A stretch of DNA of 64,000 bases from an uncultured Acidimicrobiaceae bacterium (GCA_963834545.1 CAWICL010000032.1:2472-66471), one strand, 5' to 3'. Positions 15,381 to 28,169 are shown, counted from the first letter of the stretch. Notes: generated by a model from the letters alone, not told the origin. Numbers and translations: made by a program.

Positions 15381-17468
15381 ATGACCGCACGCGAATACCC
15401 CCTCGACAAGGTTCGCAACATTGGCATCATGGCCCACATCGATGCCGGTAAGACCACCACGACCGAGCGCATCTTGTTCTACACGGGCAAGAACTACAAG
15501 ATCGGTGAAGTGCACGAAGGTGCCGCGACGATGGACTGGATGGTCCAAGAACAAGAGCGTGGTATCACGATCACGTCCGCGGCGACCACGTGTTACTGGA
15601 AGGGCAATCGAATCAACATCATCGACACGCCCGGCCACGTCGACTTCACCGTCGAAGTCGAGCGTTCACTTCGCGTTCTCGACGGCGCCGTCGCGGTCTT
15701 TGACGCGGTCGCGGGCGTCGAGCCCCAAACCGAGACGGTGTGGCGTCAAGCGAACAAGTACCACGTGCCGCGCATCTGTTTCGTGAACAAGATGGACCGC
15801 GTCGGCGCGGACTTCTTTCGCTGCGTGGACATGATCGAGGACCGCCTCGACTGCGTGCCCGCGGTCATCCAACTGCCCATCGGGGCCGAAGGCGACTACA
15901 AGGGCATCATCGACCTGTGCGCGATGAACGCCACGATCTATCACGACGACAAGGGTGAACAACTCGAAGTCATTCCCATCCCCGCCGAGTTCCAGGCGCA
16001 GGCTGACGAGTACCACGCCAAGTTGCTCGACGTCTTGACGACCTTTGACGACGCGCTCATGGAAAAGTTGCTGAACGACGAGACGCCTTCGACCGACGAC
16101 CTGCACGCCGCACTTCGTCGCGGGACCCTAGAGAACCACTGCGTTCCGATCTTGAACGGATCGGCGTTCAAGAACAAGGGTGTCCAGCCCATGCTCGACG
16201 CGGTCGTTGACTACTTGCCGTCGCCGGTTGACTTGCCGCCCACCCAGGGCACCAAGCCTGGTAAGGAAGACGTCATCGAGCGAAAGCCCTCCGATGACGA
16301 GCCCTTCTCGGCGCTCGCGTTCAAGATCATGACTGACCCCTACGTGGGCAAGCTCACGTATCTTCGTGTCTACTCGGGCACGCTCGAAAAGGGCGACACC
16401 GTCGTCAACACCACCAAGGGCATGAAGAAGGAGCGACTCGGTCGCCTCTTGTTGATGCACGCGAACAACCGCGAAGACCTCGATACCATTCGAACCGGCG
16501 ACATCGTCGCCGCCGTGGGATTGAAGCAGGTGACGACCGGTGACACGCTGTCGGCGGTTGACCAGCCCATCCAACTCGAAACGCTCACGTTCCCCGAGCC
16601 GGTCATTCACGTCGCGGTCGAACCCAAGACCAAGGCCGACCAGGAGAAGTTGTCCAAGGCGCTCTACGCACTTTCCGAAGAGGACCCGACCTTTCGCGTG
16701 CGCACCGACGAAGAGACTGGTCAGACGGTTATCTCGGGAATGGGCGAGTTGCACCTCGAAGTGCTCGTTGACCGCATGTTGCGCGAGTTCAGCGTGGACG
16801 CCAACGTTGGTAAGCCTCAGGTCGCCTACCGCGAGACCGTTCGCAAGAAGGTTGAGAAGGTCGAAGAGAAGTACGTGCGCCAGACCGGTGGAAAGGGTCA
16901 GTACGGCCACGTCGTGATCACGCTCGAGCCCACGGGCCCGGGCGGTGGTTATGAATTCCTCGACGAGATCAGTGGCGGTGTCATTCCCAAGGAATACATC
17001 GGTCCGGTCAACCAAGGAATCACCGAAGCATTGACGTCGGGTGTGCTCGCGGGCTATCCGGTTGTTGACGTGCGCGTTCGCTTGACCTTTGGTAGCTACC
17101 ACGACGTTGACTCCTCGGAGATGGCCTTTAAGATTGCCGGTTCCATTGCGGTGAAAAAGGCCGCCCGATTGGCGAGTCCGGTGCTCTTAGAGCCCGTGAT
17201 GTCCGTCGAAGTGGTGACTCCCGAGGATTACATGGGCGACGTGATTGGCGACTTGTCCTCTCGCCGAGGTCGCGTCGAGGGCATGGAACAGAAGGGCAAT
17301 AGTCAAGCAATTAAGGCACTTGTGCCGCTGGCTGACATGTTCGGCTACGCTACTGACCTGCGTTCTCGCACCCAAGGGCGCGCGACGTACACCATGCAGT
17401 TCCATTCGTACGCAGAAGTCCCAGACGCGATTTCCAAGGAAATCGTCGCGAAGGCGACGGGCGCGTAA
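15381..17468 (+). CDS. fusA: Elongation factor G
   Basis: [30 protein letters not shown]. Confidence 0.99.
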   Translation: MTAREYPLDKVRNIGIMAHIDAGKTTTTERILFYTGKNYKIGEVHEGAATMDWMVQEQERGITITSAATTCYWKGNRINIIDTPGHVDFTVEVERSLRVLDGAVAVFDAVAGVEPQTETVWRQANKYHVPRICFVNKMDRVGADFFRCVDMIEDRLDCVPAVIQLPIGAEGDYKGIIDLCAMNATIYHDDKGEQLEVIPIPAEFQAQADEYHAKLLDVLTTFDDALMEKLLNDETPSTDDLHAALRRGTLENHCVPILNGSAFKNKGVQPMLDAVVDYLPSPVDLPPTQGTKPGKEDVIERKPSDDEPFSALAFKIMTDPYVGKLTYLRVYSGTLEKGDTVVNTTKGMKKERLGRLLLMHANNREDLDTIRTGDIVAAVGLKQVTTGDTLSAVDQPIQLETLTFPEPVIHVAVEPKTKADQEKLSKALYALSEEDPTFRVRTDEETGQTVISGMGELHLEVLVDRMLREFSVDANVGKPQVAYRETVRKKVEKVEEKYVRQTGGKGQYGHVVITLEPTGPGGGYEFLDEISGGVIPKEYIGPVNQGITEALTSGVLAGYPVVDVRVRLTFGSYHDVDSSEMAFKIAGSIAVKKAARLASPVLLEPVMSVEVVTPEDYMGDVIGDLSSRRGRVEGMEQKGNSQAIKALVPLADMFGYATDLRSRTQGRATYTMQFHSYAEVPDAISKEIVAKATGA

Positions 17469-17577
17469 GAGGCTGGGAAACCAGCGAAACAAGGTCCAAA
17501 CCGTCGTCGGGGAGGGCCGAAACAAGCACGACGAGTCCACCTCGGTCTCGTCACTAAGAGAAAGTTAGTCCCCGACA

Positions 17578-18765
17578 ATGGCAAAGCAGAAGTTCGAGCG
17601 CACTAAGCCGCACGTCAACATTGGAACCATGGGTCACATCGACCACGGCAAGACCACTCTTACCGCGGCGATCACCAAGGTTCTTTCCGAACGAATTCCC
17701 GGTAGCGCCTTCACGCCTTTCGACCAGATTGACAAGGCCCCCGAAGAGCGTCAGCGCGGAATCACCATTTCTATTGCGCACGTGGAGTACGAGACGGCGA
17801 ACCGTCACTACGCCCACGTCGACATGCCCGGTCACGCGGACTACGTGAAGAACATGATCACGGGCGCCGCCCAGGTCGACGGCGCCATCTTGGTGGTGTC
17901 CGCGACCGACGGTCCCATGCCCCAGACCCGTGAGCACGTGTTGCTCGCTCGTCAGGTCGGCGTGCCCTACATCGTGGTCGCGCTCAACAAGGCCGACATG
18001 GTCGACGACGAAGAGCTCCTCGAGTTGGTCGAGCTCGAAGTCCGTGAACTCCTGACGAGTTACGACTTCCCCGGCGACGACACACCGATCGTTCGCGTCT
18101 CGGCGCTGAAGGCCCTCGAGGGCGACGCCGCCTGGGGTGACAAGGTCATGGAACTGATGGACGCCGTGGACAGTTACATCCCCGAGCCCGTTCGTTCCAC
18201 CGACAAGCCATTCCTCATGTCAATCGAAGATGTCATGTCCATCACGGGCCGTGGCACCGTCGTGACCGGCAAGGTGGAACAAGGTGTCATTCACGTCGGT
18301 GACGAAGTCGAGATCGTGGGCCTTCGTGACACGACCAAGACCACGGTCACCGGCATCGAGATGTTCCGCAAGCTCCTCGATGAGGGTCGCGCCGGCGACA
18401 ACCTGGGCGCGCTGCTTCGTGGCACGAAGAAGGAAGAAGTCGAGCGTGGACAGGTGTTGTGCAAGCCGGGTTCGATCACGCCGCACACCGTGTTCGAGGC
18501 CTCGGTCTACGTGTTGACCAAGGACGAGGGTGGCCGTCACAAGCCGTTCTTCGCGAACTACCGTCCCCAGTTCTACTTCCGCACGACTGACGTCACCGGA
18601 ACGATCGAACTGCCGTCGGGCACCGAGATGGTCATGCCTGGTGACAACACCGAGATGACCGTGACCTTAGGCAAGCCCATCGCCATGGAAGAGGGTCTGA
18701 CCTTCTCCATCCGCGAAGGTGGCCGTACCGTTGGCTCGGGCCGTGTCGTCAAGATCTTGAAGTAG
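17578..18765 (+). CDS. tuf: Elongation factor Tu
   Basis: [34 protein letters not shown]. Confidence 0.99.
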   Translation: MAKQKFERTKPHVNIGTMGHIDHGKTTLTAAITKVLSERIPGSAFTPFDQIDKAPEERQRGITISIAHVEYETANRHYAHVDMPGHADYVKNMITGAAQVDGAILVVSATDGPMPQTREHVLLARQVGVPYIVVALNKADMVDDEELLELVELEVRELLTSYDFPGDDTPIVRVSALKALEGDAAWGDKVMELMDAVDSYIPEPVRSTDKPFLMSIEDVMSITGRGTVVTGKVEQGVIHVGDEVEIVGLRDTTKTTVTGIEMFRKLLDEGRAGDNLGALLRGTKKEEVERGQVLCKPGSITPHTVFEASVYVLTKDEGGRHKPFFANYRPQFYFRTTDVTGTIELPSGTEMVMPGDNTEMTVTLGKPIAMEEGLTFSIREGGRTVGSGRVVKILK

Positions 18766-18772
18766 TCCGGTC

Positions 18773-19096
18773 ATGGCCGACAACCGACAAATGATTCGAA
18801 TCCGATTGAAGGCCTTCGACCACGGCGTCCTTGACCAGTCCACCGCCAAGATCGTCCAGACGGTCGAGCGCACCAACGCACGGGTCCAGGGTCCGGTGCC
18901 ACTGCCCACCGAGAAGCACCGTTACACGGTGGTTCGAGGGCCGCACAAGCACAAGGACAGTCGCGAACACTTCGAAATGCGTGTCCACAAGCGATTACTG
19001 GACATCGTTGACCACTCGGCCAAGACGGTTGACTCGCTGCAGCGACTCGACCTTCCCGCCGGGGTCGACATCGAGATCAAGATCCGCCAGAACTAA
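18773..19096 (+). CDS. rpsJ: 30S ribosomal protein S10
   Basis: [27 protein letters not shown]. Confidence 0.98.
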   Translation: MADNRQMIRIRLKAFDHGVLDQSTAKIVQTVERTNARVQGPVPLPTEKHRYTVVRGPHKHKDSREHFEMRVHKRLLDIVDHSAKTVDSLQRLDLPAGVDIEIKIRQN

Positions 19097-19101
19097 CCCA
19101 C

Positions 19102-19294
19102 GTCACGGGGTCCGCCTTTGCGTAAAGCGGGCCCCGTGATGTAGTGTTAAAAGCCCCGCCTTTTCAGGTGGGGAAGCAAAAAAGATGTGTTCAGTTGCCT
19201 ACGGGAACGCTGAACCAACCAAGTCGAGCGCTCCGTTCGGGTTTTGTGACCCGGCGGAGCGTCTGTGTGTCGGACGAACCGATGCGCAGTTTTT
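19102..19294 (+). promoter_or_regulatory. Structured rpsJ-rplC spacer: terminator-like hairpin, candidate promoter and multi-hairpin leader ending in a hairpin plus T5
   Basis: Five consecutive stem-loops read directly; TTGCGT-N18-TAGTGT at 19118-19147. Confidence 0.55.
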
Positions 19295-19309
19295 AGAAGA
19301 GAGGCACAC

Positions 19310-19969
19310 GTGGCGACCAAAGCGATCGTCGGCGAGAAGGTGGGCATGACCCAGGTCTGGGATGACCAGAACCGGTCGATACCGGTGACGGTCGTCAAGG
19401 TCAGCCCAGCTCGCGTCGTCCAAGTAAAGACGCCCGAGAAGGAGGGTTACTCCGCTCTTCAAGTGACGTGGGGAACGCGACGTGCCTCGACGCTCTCCAA
19501 GCCCGAGATCGGACACTTCGAAAAGGCCGGCGTGACGCCCGGCAAGAAATTGGTCGAACTTCGCCTCGACGACGTGACCGGCTACGAGATTGGTCAAGAG
19601 ATCCTCGCCGACGTCCTCGAAAAAGGCGAGATGATCGACGCGACCGCGATCTCCAAGGGGAAGGGTTTCGCCGGTGGGATGAAGCGACACAACTTCTCGG
19701 GACAAGGCGCCGCGCACGGTAACCACAAACACCATCGCGCACCGGGTTCCATTGGCGCCTGCGCGACACCGGGACGCGTCTTTAAGGGCACCAAGATGTC
19801 GGGTCGCATGGGTGGCGGACAAGTCACCACGACCAATCTCGAGGTCATCGGCGTTGACGTCGAGCGCCACCTCGTACTCGTGAAGGGGGCCGTGCCCGGT
19901 CCTCGCGGCGGCGTCGTCGTGCTTCGCACGTCGGTGAAGAACCCCATGAAGGCCGGAGGTAAGCGATGA
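19310..19969 (+). CDS. rplC: 50S ribosomal protein L3 (GTG start at 19310)
   Basis: GEKVGMTQ, SKGKGFAG, HRAPGSIG, KMSGRMG; SD GAGAGG before the GTG. Confidence 0.97.
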   Translation: MATKAIVGEKVGMTQVWDDQNRSIPVTVVKVSPARVVQVKTPEKEGYSALQVTWGTRRASTLSKPEIGHFEKAGVTPGKKLVELRLDDVTGYEIGQEILADVLEKGEMIDATAISKGKGFAGGMKRHNFSGQGAAHGNHKHHRAPGSIGACATPGRVFKGTKMSGRMGGGQVTTTNLEVIGVDVERHLVLVKGAVPGPRGGVVVLRTSVKNPMKAGGKR

Positions 19970-20646
19970 GCGACGTCTTTACGCTTCGAGGTCCGATCAA
20001 GAAGGACCGCCCCGCACCCGTCACGCGAAGTGTCGCGCGCAAGACTCTCGCCGGTGTCGAACTCGACACCGTGAACCTCGAGCCCAGCATCTTTGGCATC
20101 GAACCCAACATGGCGGTGTTGCACCAGGTGATAAAGGCCCAGCTCGCCGCCAAGCGACAGGGCACCCAGTCGACCAAGACCCGCAAGGAAGTGCGCGGTG
20201 GTGGCAAGAAGCCCTTCAGTCAAAAGGGGACCGGCGGTGCTCGTCAGGGCACCATCCGCGCCCCGCACTATCCCGGTGGTGGCATCGCACTCGGGCCCAA
20301 GCCGCGCAAGTACGACCAGAAGACGCCCAAGAAGATGATTCGTCTGGCGCTTAACTCGGCGCTCTCGGACCGCGCGGCACTCTCTCGCGTCGCGCTCGTT
20401 GACGGCTTCGCGAGCTGGAGCACGCCCAAGACCAAAGACGCCGTCTCGGCGTTGACGGCCCTCGGTCTCGAGGGCAAGGTGCTCGTGGTTCTCAGCCGCG
20501 AGGATCACGTCGCGCTGCAGTCGTTTCGCAACTTGGCCAACGTGAAGACGATCGACGCTGGTGAGATCAACGCCTATGACGTCTTGGACTCGGACTGGGT
20601 CCTGTTCACCGACACCACGCTGCCCAAGGCCAAGGAGGTCGAGTAA
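19966..20646 (+). CDS. rplD: 50S ribosomal protein L4
   Basis: RQGTQSTKTR, KPFSQKGTGGARQG, GPKPR. Confidence 0.97.
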   Translation: MSDVFTLRGPIKKDRPAPVTRSVARKTLAGVELDTVNLEPSIFGIEPNMAVLHQVIKAQLAAKRQGTQSTKTRKEVRGGGKKPFSQKGTGGARQGTIRAPHYPGGGIALGPKPRKYDQKTPKKMIRLALNSALSDRAALSRVALVDGFASWSTPKTKDAVSALTALGLEGKVLVVLSREDHVALQSFRNLANVKTIDAGEINAYDVLDSDWVLFTDTTLPKAKEVE

Positions 20647-20936
20647 TGCGCGACGCCATGAGCATCCTGATTCGTCCGGTCGTCTCGGAAAAGACCTACG
20701 CGTTGATGGAGAACCACACCTACGTGTTCGTTGTCGATCCGCGCGCGACCAAGATCGACGTGCGTAACGCCGTCGAACAGGCCTTCAACGTGAAGGTCGT
20801 GAACGTCAACACGCTCAACCGCAAGGGTAAGGCGACGCGAAATCGCCGTACCGGTGTCACCGGCGCTCGCGCCAGCACCAAGCGGGCCATCGTCACCCTC
20901 AAACAGGGTGACTCGATCAATCTCTTCGAGAACTAA
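20646..20936 (+). CDS. rplW: 50S ribosomal protein L23
   Basis: PVVSEK, KVVNVNT, KRAIVTL. Confidence 0.97.
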   Translation: MRDAMSILIRPVVSEKTYALMENHTYVFVVDPRATKIDVRNAVEQAFNVKVVNVNTLNRKGKATRNRRTGVTGARASTKRAIVTLKQGDSINLFEN

Positions 20937-20945
20937 AGGACTGTC

Positions 20946-21779
20946 ATGGCACTGCGTCACCGCAAACCAACCAGCCCCGGTCGTCGTTTCCAGACGGTGT
21001 CGGACTTCGCCGAACTCACGACGTCCAAGCCCGAGAAGTCGCTGCTCGACTCCAAGCCCAAGACCGGTGGACGCAACAACTACGGACGAAAGACCTCGCG
21101 TCACCGCGGTGGTGGTCACAAGCAGCAATACCGCATCATCGACTTCAAGCGGAACAAGGACGCCATCCCCGCCAAGGTCGCCTCGATCGAATACGACCCG
21201 AACCGCACGTGTCGCATCGCACTCTTGCACTACGCCGACGGGGAGAAGCGCTACATCCTGGCCCCCAACGGACTGAAGTTGGGCGACATCGTCGAGTCGG
21301 GTCCCAAGGCCGACATCCGTACGGGAAATGCCCTGCCCATGCGCTACATCCCCACGGGCGCCACGGTGCACAACGTCGAGTTGCGCCCGGGCGGCGGCGG
21401 CAAGATGGCGCGCAGTGCCGGCATGAGTGTGCAGTTGGTCGCCAAGGACGGCGGGTACGCCACGCTTCGTCTGCCCTCGACTGAGATGCGCCGCGTTCAG
21501 ATCGACTGTCGAGCGACGCTCGGCATCGTTGGCAACTCCGAGCACGAACTGATCAAGGTCGGCAAGGCCGGACGTAGCCGCTGGAAGGGCGTTCGCCCCC
21601 AGACTCGTGGTGTCGCCATGAACCCGGTCGACCACCCACTCGGTGGTGGTGAGGGCAAGACGTCTGGTGGACGTCACCCGGTGTCACCGTGGGGTCAGCC
21701 TGAAGGTCGTACGCGTCTGCCTAAGCCGTCAGACGCTCTCATTATTCGTCGTCGCCGTGGACGCGGCTCGCGGAGGTAG
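20946..21779 (+). CDS. rplB: 50S ribosomal protein L2
   Basis: [24 protein letters not shown]. Confidence 0.99.
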   Translation: MALRHRKPTSPGRRFQTVSDFAELTTSKPEKSLLDSKPKTGGRNNYGRKTSRHRGGGHKQQYRIIDFKRNKDAIPAKVASIEYDPNRTCRIALLHYADGEKRYILAPNGLKLGDIVESGPKADIRTGNALPMRYIPTGATVHNVELRPGGGGKMARSAGMSVQLVAKDGGYATLRLPSTEMRRVQIDCRATLGIVGNSEHELIKVGKAGRSRWKGVRPQTRGVAMNPVDHPLGGGEGKTSGGRHPVSPWGQPEGRTRLPKPSDALIIRRRRGRGSRR

Positions 21780-21786
21780 GTAGATA

Positions 21787-22065
21787 ATGTCACGAAGTCT
21801 CAAAAAGGGTCCCTTCATCGACTCACACCTTTTGAAGAAGGTCGACGCGATGAACGCCGCGAACGAGAAGAAGGTCATCAAGACCTGGAGTCGACGTTCG
21901 ACGGTCATCCCCGACATGGTCGGTCACACGTTCGCGGTGCACGACGGACGTCGTCACGTACCGGTCTTTTGCAACGAGTCGATGGTCGGACACAAGCTGG
22001 GCGAGTTCGCGCCGACGAGGACCTTCAAGTTCCACGCGGGCCAGGAAAAGACGGGTAGGCGCTAA
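21787..22065 (+). CDS. rpsS: 30S ribosomal protein S19
   Basis: [26 protein letters not shown]. Confidence 0.99.
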   Translation: MSRSLKKGPFIDSHLLKKVDAMNAANEKKVIKTWSRRSTVIPDMVGHTFAVHDGRRHVPVFCNESMVGHKLGEFAPTRTFKFHAGQEKTGRR

Positions 22066-22794
22066 TGACCGGTCCCAAGACCAACGAACGACCGGGCACG
22101 CGCGCGACGCTGCGCGGCTATCACATGTCGGCGAGCAAAGCTCGCGTCGTGTTGAACCTCATCCGCAACGAGGACGTCACGACCGCACGCGAGATCCTGG
22201 CGGGAACGACGCGCGAGGCCGCTGACGTTGTTGGCAAGGTGCTCGCGTCGGCGGTCGCCAACGCCGTGAACAATGACGGATCAACGCTGATGAACTCTTC
22301 GTCTCGGCGGCCTACGCCGACGAGGGCATCACCATGAAGCGCTTCACCCCCCGTGCGCGAGGTCGCGCTGGCAAGATCCGAAAGCGAGCCTGTCACATCA
22401 CCGTGATCGTCTCTCGTCTGGACGAGGATCGTCTCGAAGTCTTGCGTTCGCGCGTTCCGCGCAAGCAACCGCGTCTCGATCGCGTCGCGTCGCGTCGTCG
22501 CGTCGTCGCGCCGACCAGACCGCCAGTCTCAACAAGCGCGAGACCGCGGCCGAAGAAGCCGCCGAGAACGAGGCTCGTGAGGCCGAGGCGCTCGCGAACG
22601 AGCAAGAGATCGAGAACCTCGAGACCGAGTCCGAGGCCATTGGTTCGCCCGAGACCGAGACGATTGACACGCCCGAGGTTACCGATGACGCCGAGACGGC
22701 TGCACGAACCGAGAGCGACGTCGAGGCCACGACATCCGAAGAGAGCACGAATGACGAGACGGTGTCTGGTGACACCACGGAGGAGACGAACTAA
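22065..22794 (+). CDS. rplV: 50S ribosomal protein L22 with long acidic C-terminal tail (several frameshifts)
   Basis: [17 protein letters not shown], then [19 protein letters not shown]; acidic frame ends ..[11 protein letters not shown] overlapping the rpsC ATG. Confidence 0.9.
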
Positions 22795-23717
22795 TGGGTC
22801 AGAAGGTAAACCCCTACGGTTTCCGTCTCGGCATCACGACGGACTGGAAGTCACGCTGGTTCAAGGAGCGCGGCTACAAGGACCTCGTCATCGAGGACTG
22901 GAAGATTCGCGACTACCTCACCAAGCAGCTCGAGAGCGCTGCGGTCAGTCGCATCGAGATCGAGCGCAACTCAGACCGCATCCGCGTGGACATCCACACG
23001 GCGCGACCCGGCATCGTCATCGGTCGCCGCGGCGCCGAGGCCGAGCGTTTGAAGAAGGACCTCGAGAAGATCACCGGCCAGAAGAACAAGATCTCGCTCA
23101 ACATTCAAGAGATCAAGCAGCCCGAGCTCGACGCCGCACTGATCGCCCAGGGCATCTGTGACCAGTTGCTTCGACGCGTGGCCTTTCGACGCGCCATGAA
23201 GCGCGGCATCCAGACCGTGCAAAAAGCGGGAGCGATGGGCGTCAAGATTCAAGCCTCGGGACGTCTCGGTGGGGCGGAGATGTCTCGTCGCGAGTCCTAC
23301 CGCGAAGGTCGCGTGCCGTTGCACACGCTTCGCGCCGACATCGACTACGGATTCCGTGAAGCGCGTACCAACACCGGGCCGCATCGGGGTCAAGGTGTGG
23401 ATCTACAAGGGCGACATCTTGCCGTACCAATTGACCAACGACGAGAAGATCGTTCGCGAGGCAGCCATGGCGGCTGGTGACGCCGTGCCCGTCGGCGCTT
23501 CGCCCGCGGTACCCAAGGGTGTCGTGCGCGCGGGTGGTGGACGTCGTCGCGTCGAGCCCGACGTCCGAAGAGGCACGCCACGGGTGACGTGAATCCCGCC
23601 GACCTGCTGGCGGCGAACGACGAAGTCGAGCGTCAGTTGAGCGTTGAAGAGGAGATCGAGCGTCGCACGGCCCAAGATCACACCGACACGCCGCACTTTC
23701 GAAAGGACGCCGAGTAA
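22794..23717 (+). CDS. rpsC: 30S ribosomal protein S3 (frameshifts near 23375 and 23570)
   Basis: [32 protein letters not shown]; GVKVWIYKG in shifted frame; ends ..[11 protein letters not shown]. Confidence 0.93.
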
Positions 23718-23719
23718 TC

Positions 23720-24157
23720 ATGTTGATGCCCCGCAAGGTAAAGCACCGCAAGCAACAGCGCGGCCGCATGACCGGCATGGCCAAGGGTGGGGTCGAACTC
23801 GCCTTTGGTGACTTTGGCATCCAGGCCCAAGAGGCTGGTTGGATCACGGCACGCCAGATTGAGGCGGCTCGTATCGCGATGACCCGTCACGTCAAGCGTG
23901 GTGGCAAGGTCTGGATCCGCATCTTTCCCGACAAGCCCGTCACCCAAAAGCCCGCCGAGACGCGCATGGGTTCTGGCAAGGGCAATCCCGAGTTCTGGGT
24001 CGCGGTGGTGAAGCCGGGACGCATCATGTTCGAGCTCGGTGGCGTTGACGAGACGCTGGCGCGCGCCGCGATGGACCGCGCCATCCAAAAGCTACCCATC
24101 AAGGCCAAGTTCGTCATCCGTCCCGGGACGCACGGCACACCGGAGGTGACCATCTAA
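23720..24157 (+). CDS. rplP: 50S ribosomal protein L16
   Basis: [20 protein letters not shown]. Confidence 0.98.
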   Translation: MLMPRKVKHRKQQRGRMTGMAKGGVELAFGDFGIQAQEAGWITARQIEAARIAMTRHVKRGGKVWIRIFPDKPVTQKPAETRMGSGKGNPEFWVAVVKPGRIMFELGGVDETLARAAMDRAIQKLPIKAKFVIRPGTHGTPEVTI

Positions 24158-24396
24158 TGGCTAAGACCGCAGAACGTATCGCCGAGATGCGCCTGTTGGG
24201 CGATAAGGAGCTCCTCGAGCGCCTGAGCGACGCGCGTCGCGAATTGTTCAATATGCGTTTCCAACTGGCGACTGGACAACTCGACAACTCCGCGCGACTG
24301 CACGAGGTGCGCAAGGACATCGCACGCCTGTCGACCTTCGTGCGCGAGCGAGAGATCGCCGCCGCCGAAGCCGCCATGGAAGGTGAACAGTCATGA
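24157..24396 (+). CDS. rpmC: 50S ribosomal protein L29
   Basis: [21 protein letters not shown]. Confidence 0.97.
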   Translation: MAKTAERIAEMRLLGDKELLERLSDARRELFNMRFQLATGQLDNSARLHEVRKDIARLSTFVREREIAAAEAAMEGEQS

Positions 24397-24671
24397 CCGA
24401 CACAACCAATGACACTGGTCGCGCGAACCCTCGCAAGGTACGCGAGGGCATGGTGATCTCGGACAAGATGGCCTCCACGCTGGTCGTGGCGGTGAACGAG
24501 CGCGTCAGTCACCCCCGCTACGGCAAGACCGTCCAGCGCACGAAGAAGCTCTACGTGCACGACGAGAAGAACGAGGCCAAGGTTGGCGACCGCGTGCGAG
24601 TCCAAGAGACCCGTCCGCTGTCCAAGCTCAAGCGCTGGCGCCTCACCGAGATTGTGGAGCGTGCCCGATGA
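24393..24671 (+). CDS. rpsQ: 30S ribosomal protein S17
   Basis: [22 protein letters not shown]. Confidence 0.98.
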   Translation: MTDTTNDTGRANPRKVREGMVISDKMASTLVVAVNERVSHPRYGKTVQRTKKLYVHDEKNEAKVGDRVRVQETRPLSKLKRWRLTEIVERAR

Positions 24672-25036
24672 TCCAGCAAGAATCGCGCCTCAAGGTGGCC
24701 GATAACAGCGGCGCCAAGGAAGTCCTCTGCATTCGCGTGCTCGGCGGTTCGCGTCGTCGTTACGCCTCGATCGGTGACGTCTTCATCGCTACGGTGAAGG
24801 ACGCCATCCCCGGCGCCGCGGTGAAGAAGGGTGACGTGGTTCGCTGCGTGGTCGTTCGTACCTCGAAAGAGCGCCGTCGTCCCGACGGCTCCTACATCAA
24901 GTTCGACGAGAACGCCGCCGTGCTGATCAACGACCAGCTGCAGCCTCGTGGCACCCGCATCTTCGGGCCCGTCGGGCGTGAGCTGCGCGACAAGAAGTTC
25001 ATGCGCATTATTTCCCTGGCGCCGGAGGTGCTGTGA
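24668..25036 (+). CDS. rplN: 50S ribosomal protein L14
   Basis: [29 protein letters not shown]. Confidence 0.99.
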   Translation: MIQQESRLKVADNSGAKEVLCIRVLGGSRRRYASIGDVFIATVKDAIPGAAVKKGDVVRCVVVRTSKERRRPDGSYIKFDENAAVLINDQLQPRGTRIFGPVGRELRDKKFMRIISLAPEVL

Positions 25037-25340
25037 TGAAGATTCGTAAAGGTGACGACGTGCTCGTGCTGTCGGGCAAGTTCCGCGGTGAGCGCGCGAA
25101 GGTCGAAGAGGCCATGCCCGCGAGAACAAGGTGATCCTCGACGGCCTCAACATCGCCAAGCGCCACACCAAGCAGGCTGGCTCGACCATGCAGGCCGGCA
25201 TCATCGACAAGTTGATGCCCTTGACGTGTCCAACGTCGCCTTGTGGTGCGCCGGTCACAAGGGTCCCGCGAAGGTCGGTTACAAGATCGTTGACGACACG
25301 AAGGTGCCGCGTCTGTCGCAAGTGTGGAGAGGCGATATGA
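25036..25340 (+). CDS. rplX: 50S ribosomal protein L24 (multiple frameshifts)
   Basis: [15 protein letters not shown] at 25036; [12 protein letters not shown]; DVSNVAL; RVCRKCG. Confidence 0.9.
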
Positions 25341-25904
25341 GTACGACAACCCGTCCACGTCTGAAGGTCCGCTTCGACGAAGAGATCCGTCCGGCGCTTG
25401 AAGGAGGAGCTCGGTCTGGACAACATCATGCAGGTGCCCGCGTCTCGACGAAGATCGTCCTCAACTCGGGCGTCGGACGGGCCACCCAACAGGCGTCACT
25501 GCTCGAGGGCGCCCAGCGCGACCTCGAACTGATCACCGGCCAGAAGCCGGTCGTCACGCGCGCCAAGAAGTCGATCGCGAGCTTCAAGCTTGCGAGAAGA
25601 GCAGCCCATCGGCGTCAAGGTCACCCTGCGCGGCGACCGCGCCTGGGAGTTCTTCGACCGACTGCTCAGCCTCGCGATCCCGCGTATCCGAGACTTCCGA
25701 GGACTGTCACCCAAGTCCTTCGACGGCCACGGGAACTACACCTTTGGCGTCAATGACCAGTTGATCTTCCCCGAGGTCGACTACGACAAGATCGACGCGC
25801 CGCGTGGTTTCGACATCACCATCGTCACCACGGCCGAGAACGACGAGCAGGGACGCGCATTCTTTCGCGCGTACGGCTTCCCCTTCAAGCAGGAGAATCG
25901 ATAG
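25337..25904 (+). CDS. rplE: 50S ribosomal protein L5 (multiple frameshifts)
   Basis: [43 protein letters not shown]. Confidence 0.93.
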
Positions 25905-25906
25905 AC

Positions 25907-26092
25907 ATGGCGAAGAAAGCTCTTCGAATCAAGCAGCAGAAGACCCCGAAGTTCTCGACGCGTGCCTACACGCGCTGCGAACGTTGTGGTCGTCCGCGCT
26001 CGGTGTATCGCAAGTTCGGTCTGTGCCGTATCTGCTTGCGCCTGATGGTTCACGCCGGTGAGGTCCCCGGCGTGACGAAGGCAAGTTGGTAG
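25907..26092 (+). CDS. rpsN: 30S ribosomal protein S14, short zinc-binding type
   Basis: [22 protein letters not shown]. Confidence 0.97.
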   Translation: MAKKALRIKQQKTPKFSTRAYTRCERCGRPRSVYRKFGLCRICLRLMVHAGEVPGVTKASW

Positions 26093-26102
26093 GAGGACAG
26101 CT

Positions 26103-26509
<407 letters not shown>

Positions 26510-26539
26510 CCAGTGCTCGAACGCCAAGGAGATTGACTG

Positions 26540-27078
26540 ATGTCACGTATCGGTCGTAACCCCATCACCGTGCCGTCCTCGGTGACGGTCACGGTCGCTG
26601 ACGGCGTCGTCACCGTCAAGGGACCCAACGGCACCATGCACCGCGTGGTGCCTGACGGCATCACGCTCTCCCAAGAGGGAGATCGCTGGTCGTGGAGCGG
26701 CGTGAGTGACGAGACGATGTACCGCTCGCTGCACGGTCTGACCCGTACGCTGGTCGCGAACATGGTCATCGGCGTCACCGAAGGTTGGTCCAAGGAACTC
26801 GAGATCATCGGCGTGGGCTACCGAGCCGCCGCCGTGGACCGGGCGTGCTCGACCTCGCGCTCGGCTTCTCGCACCCCGTGAAGTTCACCGCGCCCGAGGG
26901 CATCACCTTCGAGGTGCCCGCCCCGACACGAGTCATCATCAAGGGTGCCGACAAGGAAGTCGTTGGCCAAGTCGCCGCGTCCATCCGCAAGATCCGTAAG
27001 CCCGAGCCCTACAAGGGCAAGGGTGTGCGCTACCTCGGTGAACGAGTGGTGCGCAAAGCTGGAAAGGCTGCGAAGTAA
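26540..27078 (+). CDS. rplF: 50S ribosomal protein L6 (frameshifted)
   Basis: MSRIGR, GVGYRA; [14 protein letters not shown]. Confidence 0.95.
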
Positions 27079-27434
27079 TGGCACGTACAAGCTCGAACTA
27101 CACAGCGCCGTCACGAAGCGCATCCGCCGTCGCCTCTCGGGCACGGCCGAGTCGTCCACGCGTCGCGGTGAGTCGCACCAACAAGCACATCTCGGCGCAG
27201 ATCATCGACGACATCCAGGGCCGCACCCTCGCCGCGGCCTCATCGGTCGAGGCGACTTGAAGTCCACGGGCGGTGGCAACGTCGAAGGCGCCAAGGCCGT
27301 GGCCGAAATTGCTCGCCGAGCGCGCCAAGGCCGCCAACATCACCGCCGTGGTCTTCGACCGCGGGGGATTCGACTATCACGGCCGTGTCGCTGCATTCGC
27401 AGAACAACTTCGCGCCGACGGACTGGAGTTTTAA
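27078..27434 (+). CDS. rplR: 50S ribosomal protein L18 (frameshifted)
   Basis: [20 protein letters not shown]; [20 protein letters not shown]. Confidence 0.92.
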
Positions 27435-27985
27435 TGAGTGACTAGAACAGTACGAAGAGCGCACCATCAAGGTGAATCGCGTCTCCAAGGTCGTCAAGGG
27501 TGGTCGTCGGTTCTCCTTCACCGCGCTGATGGTGATCGGTGACGGCAACGGCAAGGTCGGTCTGGGTTACGGCAAGGCCAAGGAAGCCGGTCTCGCGGTG
27601 CAAAAGGGGATCGAAGAGGCTCGCAAGAATCTCTTTGACGTCCCTCTCGCCGGCACGACCATCGTCTATCCGGTGATCGGCGCCGCGGGGGCGGGACGCG
27701 TCTTGATGAAGCCGGCCGCACCCGGTACCGGTGTCATCGCCGGTGGTGCCGCGCGCGCGATCCTCGAGATGGCTGGCGTCAAGGACATCATCGCCAAGTC
27801 GCTGGGTTCGTCGCAACGGCATCAACGTGGCGCACGCCACCATCGAGGGACTCAAGCAGTTGCGTCGTCCCGAGGAGATCGCCGCCTCGCGCGACAAGCC
27901 GGCCGATCACGTCATCCCTAGCGGGACGCTTCGCGCCTACCGCGAGCGCCAGCGCGAGGGCGACCTGTTCAAGACGGAGGCCTGA
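27434..27985 (+). CDS. rpsE: 30S ribosomal protein S5 (frameshifted near both ends)
   Basis: [32 protein letters not shown]. Confidence 0.95.
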
Positions 27986-27987
27986 TC

Positions 27988-28169
27988 ATGGGCCAATTGA
28001 AAGTCACCCAGATCCGCTCGGCATCGCGACCAAGCCCAAGCACCGCGGGACGCTGCGCGCGCTCGGACTTCGTGGCATCGGCCAGTCCAACGTGCTGCCC
28101 GACCGTCCCGAGATTCACGGGATGATCGCGCGGGTGCCGCACCTGATCAAAGTGGAAGAGGTCAACTGA
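27988..28169 (+). CDS. rpmD: 50S ribosomal protein L30 (frameshift near 28020; not in ORF track)
   Basis: [11 protein letters not shown], then [31 protein letters not shown]. Confidence 0.9.

Noticed and set aside
19151-19175. AAGCCCCGCC-TTTTCA-GGTGGGGA resembling IS200/IS605-type end hairpins
   Set aside because: I noticed only one copy and there is no tnpA/tnpB nearby; better explained as part of the rplC leader
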